Of a stretch of DNA of 64,000 nucleotides, positions 10,471 through 23,532 are shown piece by piece. Numbering within the stretch: position 1 is the stretch's first letter; each line of letters begins with the position of its first letter. The translations under genes were made by a program, and so were the position numbers. The stretch comes from Candidatus Cloacimonadales bacterium (lineage in GTDB: Bacteria > Cloacimonadota > Cloacimonadia > Cloacimonadales > JAFGVF01): contig CAXXJV010000001.1 of the NCBI GenBank assembly GCA_963663475.2, positions 2,432,001-2,496,000 on the forward strand, in the 5' to 3' direction. The notes beneath the pieces are model-generated. The model was not told the DNA's origin. It made no database searches and saw nothing but the letters and a program-made list of their open reading frames with translations.

Positions 10471-11730
10471 TTAATTACTCATTGATTTTAAGAAGTCTTG
10501 GTTATTTTTTGTAGTTAACATTCTTTTTCTTAGGGTTTCAATACCTTGAGCAGGACTCATAGTTTTAAGGAAATTTCTTAAGATATACATTCTATTTCTT
10601 TCAATTTCTGTAAGCAAGAGCTCTTCTCTTCTAGTTCCTGATTTAACTAAATCAATAGCAGGATATAATCTCATATCACTGATTGACCTATCTAAAACAA
10701 GCTCCATATTACCTGTTCCTTTAAATTCCTCGAAAATAACTTGGTCCATACGAGAACCAGTATCAACTAAAGCAGTTGATATTATGGTTAAACTACCTGA
10801 TTCTATAGTATCACGAGCAGCACCAAAGAATTTCTTTGGCTTAGTAAGTCCATTAGCATCAATACCACCACTGAGAACTTTTCCTGAAGAAGGTTGAACA
10901 TTGTTGTAAGCACGAGCTAATCTAGTTATAGAATCTAAAACAATAATTACATCTCTTCCTAATTCACATAACCTTTTCGCTTTATTGAGTACCATCTCTG
11001 CTACAGCAATATGGTTTCTAGGGGATTCATCAAAAGTAGAACTTACAACTTCTTGATTTCCTTCTTTTAAGATTTTTTTCATATCAGTAACCTCTTCAGG
11101 TCTTTCATCAATGAGTAAAACTAAGAGATAGGCATCAGGATGGTTAGTAAGAATTGCATTGGCAATATTTTGTAATAAAACAGTTTTACCAGTTCTAGGA
11201 GAAGCAACTATTAGACCTCTCTGTCCCATACCAATTGGTGTAAAGAGATCTATAATTCTTGTGGAGATAATGTCTTTCTCAGTCTCAAGATTAATCTTCT
11301 TTGTTGGGTAATAAGGAGTTAAATTATCAAAATGTTTAGATTCAAATGCTTTTTGAGGAGATTCATCATTTACAGCATCAACTCTAAGAAGTGCATAGTA
11401 TTTTTCACCTTCTTTTGGAGAACGAACTGGGCCTGAAATCATATGACCATGTTTTAAATTGAACCTTTTAATTTGGGTTAATGAGACATATACATCATCT
11501 CTACCAGGTAAATAATTGTTATGTTGGAAGCGTAAAAAACCATAGCCATCTGGCATAAGCTCTAAACAACCAGTGATGAAAGCTAATCCTTCTTGAGAGG
11601 CATTAAACTCTAAGATAGAATAGATTATTTCTAATTTTTTCATTGTACTATAACCAGTTAGACCTAAATCTTTAGCTATTTGATGAAGTTCTGGAACGGT
11701 TAGTTCAAAGATGTTATCATAAGTATTCAT
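10471..11730 (-). CDS. rho: Transcription termination factor Rho
   Basis: DGYGFLR, PIGMGQRGLIVASPRTGKT, DERPEEVTDM, FEEFKGTGNMEL. Confidence 0.98.
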   Translation of the reverse strand: MNTYDNIFELTVPELHQIAKDLGLTGYSTMKKLEIIYSILEFNASQEGLAFITGCLELMPDGYGFLRFQHNNYLPGRDDVYVSLTQIKRFNLKHGHMISGPVRSPKEGEKYYALLRVDAVNDESPQKAFESKHFDNLTPYYPTKKINLETEKDIISTRIIDLFTPIGMGQRGLIVASPRTGKTVLLQNIANAILTNHPDAYLLVLLIDERPEEVTDMKKILKEGNQEVVSSTFDESPRNHIAVAEMVLNKAKRLCELGRDVIIVLDSITRLARAYNNVQPSSGKVLSGGIDANGLTKPKKFFGAARDTIESGSLTIISTALVDTGSRMDQVIFEEFKGTGNMELVLDRSISDMRLYPAIDLVKSGTRREELLLTEIERNRMYILRNFLKTMSPAQGIETLRKRMLTTKNNQDFLKSMSN

Positions 11731-11781
11731 GGAAACTCCTAAATGGAAAATTTGGTTGTTAGTTTGTAGAATTTAAAAAGG

Positions 11782-11857
<76 letters not shown>

Positions 11858-12065
11858 ACAACATATTTCTTAAAAATATTAACCCTGAAATTGTGTCAAC
11901 CATTTTCACCATATTATTAAATTTTTTTTTATTTTTTACAGATAAACAGATTTTAAAAATCTGGATAATCATGTATTTAAATTTCGATAATCTATTATTT
12001 ATCAGTAAATTATATTTTATGTATAAATTCATTATCTATAATAACTGGAAATCATAATATGTCAA

Positions 12066-12632
12066 TTATCTTTTGCTTTCTTTTAGCAAATTAACATAAA
12101 TTTCATAATCTTCTTCACTAAAACAAGTAAAAAAAACTTTATTAGGCATATTATTCTTATCTAAAAAATCCTTAACTGTAGCAATTGCTATCCTAGCTGC
12201 TTCAATTTTAGGGAATTTATAAACTCCTGTTGAAATGGCAGGAAAAGCTATAGTTTTTATATTAAATTCTTTAGCAAGAATTAATGAATTCTTATAACAA
12301 TTAGCTAATTCCTCTTCTTGTCCATGATGACCAACTTGATAAATCGGGCCAACTGTATGGATAATATATTTTGTAGGAAGTAAATATCCCTTTGTTATCT
12401 TAGCTTGTCCTACTCCGCAACCATTGAGTAATTTACATTCATCAAGCAGTTCTTCACCTGCAGCCTTGTGAATAGCACCATCTACTCCTCCCCCGCCAAG
12501 CAAAGAGGTATTTGCAGCATTGACTATTGCATCTACACCTAAAGCTGTTATATCTGCAACAATAGTTTCTATCCTCTCATCTATTTGCTTATTCCTGCCA
12601 GGAACTTGCAACATCTTGTCCTCTCTTTTCAT
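12066..12632 (-). CDS. Macro domain protein (O-acetyl-ADP-ribose deacetylase, YmdB-like); start uncertain
   Basis: DIT...[37 protein letters not shown]. Confidence 0.92.
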   Translation of the reverse strand: MKREDKMLQVPGRNKQIDERIETIVADITALGVDAIVNAANTSLLGGGGVDGAIHKAAGEELLDECKLLNGCGVGQAKITKGYLLPTKYIIHTVGPIYQVGHHGQEEELANCYKNSLILAKEFNIKTIAFPAISTGVYKFPKIEAARIAIATVKDFLDKNNMPNKVFFTCFSEEDYEIYVNLLKESKR

Positions 12633-13820
12633 TTACTCTTTGTAGGAAGATTAAACCAAATAAGAAAAAAGGAATAACTGTTAATATAGAATACCTGATA
12701 TCACCAGTTATTTTACTGGCTAAGCCAAATAAAATTGGTCCTATCACAGCTGACATTCTTCCAGTTACTGTATAAAATCCAAAAAATTCTGCATTTTTGC
12801 TCTGGGGTGTTAGAGAAGCTATCATTGCTCTGCTATTTGCCTGAGTTGAACCTATTGCGAAACCTGCAAGTAATATTACAAAGTAATAATCTTTTTTTGC
12901 TGGAGATAAGAAAGCCCAAAAAATAACAGACAACCAAATTAAAAGGCAAACAGTTAAAGTTTTTTTATGACCAATTTTATCTGCTATAAATCCAAATACA
13001 AAAGCACCTAAAATTGAAGTTAACTGGGCTAAGATAAATATTTTAATTGATTCTTCGGAAGTCATGCCATAGCGTTCATGTCCATATATCATTGTAAAAC
13101 CTATAGCCGTAGATATAGCATCATTATAGAAAAAGAAACTTAAGAGAAAGTTCCCCAAATCTTTAAATGACTTAATTGATTTAAATGATGATTTAATTCG
13201 TGAATAAGCTATTCTAAAGTAATTTGAACGTTTAGAAGGTCTTTTAAATTCTTTCAACATAACAAATGTTATTATAGCAAATGATCCATAAAATAGTCCA
13301 ACCATTGGAAAGACATACCTTATTTTTTCTATGTTAACTAGCCATAAGGCTAAAACAAGCGAAAGCAAACCTCCAGCATATCCAAAGGCCCAGCCAAAAC
13401 CAGATACTCTCCCTAACTGCTTTTTTGAGGCTATCTCTGATAAAAAAGAATCATAAAAGACAATTGCTGAATGAAAACCAAAATTTGCTATTATAAAGAA
13501 TAACATGCCATAGAAAATAGATCCTGGCCCAATAAAACCGAGTAGCATTGTAAAAATTACTGATAGGTAAGTATTATAGAAGAGAAACTTCTTCTTAGCT
13601 CTAGAGTAATCAGCTACAGCACCGAAAATGGGAGCAGTTAAAGCTACTAAAAACATTGATATTGCTAAGGATAGACCCCATAAAAAACTGCCATCTGCCT
13701 ATCTCCTACTACGACATTTTTAAAATATACACTATACACTACCGTTACAATAATGGTAGTAAATGAAGAATTAGCGAAATCATAGGCCATCCAACCAAAG
13801 ATGCTTTTATTTATCTTCAT
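12589..13820 (-). pseudogene. UMF1/BtlA-like MFS transporter split by a 1-nt frameshift near 13682-13701 (or a sequencing error)
   Basis: ATG at 13820 gives MKINKSIFGWMAYDFANSSFTTIIVTVVYSVYF (typical family N-terminus) and stops at 13665. The rest of the protein (...FLWGLSLAISMFLVALTAPIFGAVAD...) is in the adjacent frame to 12589. Confidence 0.8.
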
Positions 13821-14883
13821 TGCGATTTCCTTCTGATAAGTTAATAATAGGAAATTGGAAGTTTAAATAATTATCAATATTAGGAGAAGCTATTAATATT
13901 TGATGATCATTTGTTAATAGCCCAAGTATTTTATCTACCCTATTTTTATCAAGTTCTGATAAAGCATCATCAAAAATAATTATTGGACATGTATTCAGAT
14001 TATCTTTAATCATTTGGATTTGCGCAAATCTCAAAGCAATAACAAGTGATCGTCTCTGTCCTTGTGAAGAATACCTCTTTACTGAATATCCATTTATATC
14101 AAAGTTATATTCATCTAGATGAGGTCCAAAGAGAGATCTTTTGTATTCAATTTCACTTTCTTCAATCTTTATCAGATAGTCATTCAACCATTCTTCTTCA
14201 TAGATAACATGATTATTACTTTCATACTTAATTTCAAGTGTTTCAAAAGATTCTGTTATGTTATTTAAAGTAGATTCTGCGTAATCTACAAAGTTATTTA
14301 AGTACTTATGTCTGTATTCTACAACTTCCATAGCTTTTGTAATAAACTGTTTATTCCATTGCTTTAGTTGAGAGTGAAATCGTGAGTCTTTGAGAATTGA
14401 ATTTCTTTGTTCTAAAATTCTATAATAATCTCGCAATATTTCACTGTAAAGGACTGATGATTGGGTTATAGCTTGATCAAAAAAACTTCTTCGTTTCTGC
14501 CTATTACCGTTAACTAACCAAATATCATCTGCAGAAAAGTAAACAATTTTCAAATAATTATAGAGATCACTAATTCTTGTAATAGGATTATTATTGAGTT
14601 TAATATTTTTCTTAGTTTTGTTATAAGTTACCTGAAAATTATATACTTTATTTTCATCAAGGTACTTACTCTTAATCAAGAATTCATCAGCATCAAAATT
14701 AACTAAATCAGAATCTGCATATTGTCTGATTGATTTTCCGAAAGCAGGATAGCAAATAGCCTCGAGCAGGTTAGTCTTACCAATACCATTTTTGCCTGTG
14801 ATAAGACTACCCTGATTCTCAAAACTAAAAGTCTGTTTAGTATAATTTCTAAAATTATAAAGAGAAATTTCTTTTATATACAC
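13807..14883 (-). CDS. recF: DNA replication and repair protein RecF
   Basis: NFRNY, GKNGIGKTNLLEAI, GPHLDE, SSQGQRR, DDALSELD; directly after dnaN. Confidence 0.95.
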   Translation of the reverse strand: MYIKEISLYNFRNYTKQTFSFENQGSLITGKNGIGKTNLLEAICYPAFGKSIRQYADSDLVNFDADEFLIKSKYLDENKVYNFQVTYNKTKKNIKLNNNPITRISDLYNYLKIVYFSADDIWLVNGNRQKRRSFFDQAITQSSVLYSEILRDYYRILEQRNSILKDSRFHSQLKQWNKQFITKAMEVVEYRHKYLNNFVDYAESTLNNITESFETLEIKYESNNHVIYEEEWLNDYLIKIEESEIEYKRSLFGPHLDEYNFDINGYSVKRYSSQGQRRSLVIALRFAQIQMIKDNLNTCPIIIFDDALSELDKNRVDKILGLLTNDHQILIASPNIDNYLNFQFPIINLSEGNRNEDK

Positions 14884-14886
14884 TTA

Positions 14887-16032
14887 CTATCTAGCAACTC
14901 TCAAAGGCATTAAGAGGTATCTTAACAAGCTACCTTCTGGGTCTTTTTCATTATAGAAGAGAGCAGGATTCTTAGCTTGGCCCATACAAATTTTAACATT
15001 ATCAGTATCTATACTATCTAAAATTGTTGTTAAAAATTTGAAGTTAAATGCTATACTAATATCTTCGCCATTATATTTAATATCATTAATAAATTCCTTA
15101 GCTCCACCTTTTTCATCATTACTTGTAGCTAATTCAAGTTGACTTCCTTTAATATTAAACATTATTTTGAAGCTATCTTCAGGAGCAACTAAAGATATTC
15201 TTTTAACTGCAGCTTTTAACTGTTGCTTATCTAAAAGAAGCTCATTAGGTAATGTTTCTGGGAATACTTTATTGTAATCTGGAAATTTGGTTGTCATAAG
15301 ATGAGAAAATACAACGAAATTTCTATACTTGAATACAACTTTATTTTTGCTAATTTCAGCTTCTAATATATCAGATTCATCTGAGATAATTTTTTGTAAG
15401 AAACTTATACCGCCCGTAGGTAGGACTATTTTCATAATTTCTTCTTCTTCATCAATCGTATTTACAAAATTATCTGTTTTTGAATCAATAGCAATATGAG
15501 CAATCTTTTTGCTATCAGTAGCTACCATTGCTTGTTTATCAGCTGAAATTTCCCATAAAATTCCAGAGAAGATTGAATTATGTTGATCTTTCTGAACAGC
15601 CACAATGGTTTTATTAATCATTTTATCAAATTCAGAAGCTTTAAATTTGATTGAGTCTGCAAAAACTGCTTCTGGTATTAATGGAAAGTTTGAGTAATCG
15701 GATAGATTTAAATTAAAATCAATATTTTCGCAATGAATTTTTAAAAGTTCATCATCTTTAGTGAAAGTAATTTGAGAGTCTGGTAAGGCAGATATAATTT
15801 CATTGAAATCTTTTGCTGTTACTGCAATTGTACCAGATTCCATTACACTTGCATTAAAAGTAACAATAACAGTTATTTTTAAATCTGTTGTAGTAATTTT
15901 AATCAAATTATCTATTTCAATGGCTTCTATCAAGTAGTTAGTTAAAATTGGCATTGTATTTTTACTTGGAACAACTTGAGAAAGATGTTGAATATTATGT
16001 AACAAATCTCCCTTATCTATAAAAAATTTCAT
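14887..16032 (-). CDS. dnaN: DNA polymerase III beta sliding clamp
   Basis: KNTMPILTN, VATDSKK, FPDYNKVFP, C-terminal LLMPLR. Confidence 0.95.
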   Translation of the reverse strand: MKFFIDKGDLLHNIQHLSQVVPSKNTMPILTNYLIEAIEIDNLIKITTTDLKITVIVTFNASVMESGTIAVTAKDFNEIISALPDSQITFTKDDELLKIHCENIDFNLNLSDYSNFPLIPEAVFADSIKFKASEFDKMINKTIVAVQKDQHNSIFSGILWEISADKQAMVATDSKKIAHIAIDSKTDNFVNTIDEEEEIMKIVLPTGGISFLQKIISDESDILEAEISKNKVVFKYRNFVVFSHLMTTKFPDYNKVFPETLPNELLLDKQQLKAAVKRISLVAPEDSFKIMFNIKGSQLELATSNDEKGGAKEFINDIKYNGEDISIAFNFKFLTTILDSIDTDNVKICMGQAKNPALFYNEKDPEGSLLRYLLMPLRVAR

Positions 16033-16295
16033 ATCTACCCCTTAATTATCATTATATTTTAATTTTTAATTTTGATTCAATTTGAATTACTTATCACATA
16101 CGTCAAGAAAAATATCGAATAACTTTCATTAGCCAAATGAGTTGAACAATCCTTTTATTTTTTACTAGAAATAGTATCATTACCTGCAATAGTAAGTGTT
16201 ATGTGGATACTTAAAACTTCGATTAACTTATGTTAGGATTAAGAAGTTTCCATCTAAGTAATAAACTTGTATATTTTATGGACGTTCCCCTATGG

Positions 16296-16379
16296 AGACC
16301 GGAGTTCCTCAGCCCTAGGCAAGGGACTTCGGGCCAAGAAACTTGTCGGAAGTCGCTACTTCGTGAGCAACTCCCGTCA
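16296..16379. repeat. REPIN-like element (inverted pair of related hairpins), copy 1
   Basis: Reverse complement closely matches 57466-57555. Hairpins CCGGAGTTCCT/AGGGACTTCGG (+) and CGGGAGTTGCT/AGCGACTTCCG (-). Confidence 0.8.
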
Positions 16380-16396
16380 CTCTTCACTAAAAAAAG

Positions 16397-16593
<197 letters not shown>

Positions 16594-16744
16594 TCAAAAA
16601 TGTTTATTTTACTTAGTTTATCGTGCCTGAATAATTAATTTTAAAATGATTCTTATTCTTTCATTTTTCATTTTTCATTATTAATTCTTCATTTCTCTTA
16701 CTGTTGTTAAACAGTAAGAGATAATAGAGTGTATATAAAAAATA

Positions 16745-19860
<3,116 letters not shown>

Positions 19861-19953
19861 AAAAATTAATTATACACACTCTATTGCACTCTATTTACTG
19901 TAAAATTTTATGTATCGGAATTTAGTCTGATTAGGTTATATATAAGTATAAGA

Positions 19954-20029
19954 TGGTGGAGAATAACGGGCTCGAACCGTTGACCCCCTGCTTGCAAAGC
20001 AGGTGCTCTCCCAACTGAGCTAATCCCCC
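19954..20029 (-). tRNA. tRNA-Ala (TGC)
   Basis: GGGGGATTAGCTCAG...CCTGCTTTGCAAGCAGG...CCA, with G3-U70; in the 16S-23S spacer. Confidence 0.96.
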
Positions 20030-20048
20030 ACTAATTTAATATATTATA

Positions 20049-20125
<77 letters not shown>

Positions 20126-20197
20126 CCTTACTTAGAACTAAATCCTTTATTTGTTATAGAATGAAAAAGTAAACTTATCAAGAAACTATTTCTCCTT

Positions 20198-21736
<1,539 letters not shown>

Positions 21737-21811
21737 TATAATAAATCGTGTTCCTGTCTCTCGCAAGTTTACTTCATTCATTCACTCTATAACTTTTTAA
21801 CTTTCTAAAAT

Positions 21812-21824
21812 TATTCAAAGATCA
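21812..21824 (-). promoter_or_regulatory. rrn leader boxA antitermination element
   Basis: Minus strand TGATCTTTGAATA between the promoter and 16S. Confidence 0.6.
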
Positions 21825-21868
21825 TTTCCTTTGCTTTGGAACTTTAATTCCCGTGCATTGGTTCCGTC

Positions 21869-21896
21869 AAACTACTGGAGAGGGTATTCTTGTCAA
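21869..21896 (-). promoter_or_regulatory. sigma70-type rrn promoter
   Basis: TTGACA-16 nt-TAGTTT with an A-rich UP-like region upstream. Confidence 0.65.
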
Positions 21897-22103
21897 TACC
21901 TTTTTTTATCTTTTTTAATTTTTCTTGATAAATGCATAGACATTTTGGTCTTTTTAGCTACTGAAAAATGGTCATATATGCTATGTTTTTTTATCTGATA
22001 TTTTTTTTGATATTAAAAGTTTTTCGTCTGCTTTTTTAAAAATGAGTGAGTGAAAAATGCTAATGCTGAGAGAAAAAACAGGAAAAAGAGTGAGGAAAAG
22101 AAA

Positions 22104-23178
22104 ATGCCTGCAGGAATGCTGGCGCTGCTAGTTTCGGTGGGCAGACTAGGATCCGTAACCACTTGCCACCAGCGTAAACGCGGGCTGGAATCCCGCGACC
22201 CAAAGGCGGGTAGGGCTTTAGCAAAGTAAAGATTTGCAGTTTGGGTGCCAGGTGAGAGAAGAAAATGCTAGAAGGAATGCTGGCGTTCCCAGTTTTTTCT
22301 TGCCCACCGTCCGATAAAGCTGTTCAACTGTTGAGAAAAATTTTAGTATTCTGTTACCCTTTCTTTCACTATCCTTCCTTTACACTCTTTCGATGAAAGT
22401 CGGTTTTTCATCGAAAGAGTGTAAAGGAAGGATAGATGATGGTAAGAGGATTTTTATATTTTCTATTATTAGGTATAATAGAAAATTATCTTGCTCAGAA
22501 GAGAGGGATTGAGCTCCTTTTTAGTTTGGCTGTCAGGCAGAAAGAAAATGCCAGCAGGGATGCTAGCGCTCCCAGTATTAGGAAGATGCCAGCAGGGATG
22601 CTGGCGCTCCTAGTTTTGGTGGGCAGACTAGGATCCGTAACCACTTGCCACCAGCGTAAACGCGGGCTGGAATCCCGCGACCCAAAGGCGGGTAGGGCTT
22701 TAGCAATGTAAAGATATGGCAGTTTGTATGTTGTCTGGCAGAAGAGAAAATGCCACCAAGGATGCTGGCGCTCCCAGTATTAGGAAGATGCCTGCAGGGA
22801 TGCTGGCGCTTCTAGTTTTGCTGGGCAGACTAGGATCCGTAACCACTTGCCACCAGCGTAAACGCGGGCTGGAATCCCGCGACCCAAAGGCGGGTAGGGC
22901 TTTAGCAAAGTAGGGATTTGCAGTTTTTGTGCCTGGTAAGAGAAGGAAATGCCAGCAGGGATGCTGGTGCTCCCAGTATAAGGAAAATGCCAGCAAGGAT
23001 GCTGGCGCTCCCAGTTTTGGTGGGCAGACTAGGATCCGTAACCACTTGCCACCAGCGTAAACGCGGGCTGGAATCCCGCGACCCAAAGGCGGGTAGGGCT
23101 TTAGCAATGTAAAGATATGGCAGTTTGTATGTTGTCTGGCAGAAGAGGAAATGCCAGCAGGGATGCTAGCGCTCCTAG
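22104..23178. repeat. Tandem mosaic (BIME-like) array: four identical 86-bp cores plus nine 28-bp REP-like hairpins
   Basis: Cores start at 22139, 22621, 22823, 23022. Hairpin units ATGCCAGCAGGGATGCTGGCGCTCCCAG at 22104, 22265, 22548, 22586, 22750, 22788, 22949, 22987, 23151. Confidence 0.93.
22369..22435. repeat. Perfect 30-bp-arm palindrome, copy 1 (related copy at 58088-58144)
   Basis: CTATCCTTCCTTTACACTCTTTCGATGAAA-gtcggtt-TTTCATCGAAAGAGTGTAAAGGAAGGATAG. Confidence 0.92.
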
Positions 23179-23188
23179 TTTTGGCAGG

Positions 23189-23340
23189 TAGAGCTTTAGT
23201 GAAGAGTTCAGATTATTCTAGCAAAATAGCTTACAGAATTTTGACGCACATAATTTATATAGTCGGAGAAATTATGGATCTTACCTTTGCAGTAGAAGAT
23301 TCTGCTCTTCGTCAAGGTCTCTTGCATTATTAGGGTTAAA
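23189..23340 (+). repeat. ~150-bp dispersed cassette, copy A (IS-end/MITE-like) carrying a micro-ORF
   Basis: Gapless match to the reverse complement of 56979-57130; partial match to 57376-57456. Confidence 0.85.
23274..23333 (+). CDS. Putative 19-aa micro-peptide MDLTFAVEDSALRQGLLHY
   Basis: GGAG RBS 5 nt before the ATG; in-frame homolog at 56980-57045 with synonymous changes. Confidence 0.4.
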   Translation: MDLTFAVEDSALRQGLLHY

Positions 23341-23532
23341 ATCTGTAAAGTATAAATGCCCAAGATTATGATAACATTAGTATCTAAATCTTGGGCTAAA
23401 CATTTTCACATTTAAGTGAGTTAATAGTCTTCCTCGCTAAGTCTACCTCGCTAAGTCTACCTCTTTTAGTAAAAATAATCACTAGATTAGCTGAAGATTC
23501 AAGACATTTACAAGTATCTGAGCATTTTATAT

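Noticed and set aside
16033-16290. oriC upstream of dnaN
   Set aside because: Only one imperfect DnaA box seen and no dnaA; not enough for an origin call.
22436-23112. ORFs of 64-135 aa within the array
   Set aside because: They are translations of GC-rich palindromic repeats on both strands, with inconsistent starts and composition unlike the genome's genes.
22104-23178. CRISPR array interpretation of the tandem repeats
   Set aside because: The sequences between repeats are themselves repeated (alternating A/B linkers and identical cores) rather than unique spacers, and there are no cas genes in the window.
23331-23339. Amber read-through (pyrrolysine or recoding) at the TAG of micro-ORF copy A
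   Set aside because: TAG is used as an ordinary stop by many genes in the window; a single TTG-to-TAG substitution is the simpler explanation.
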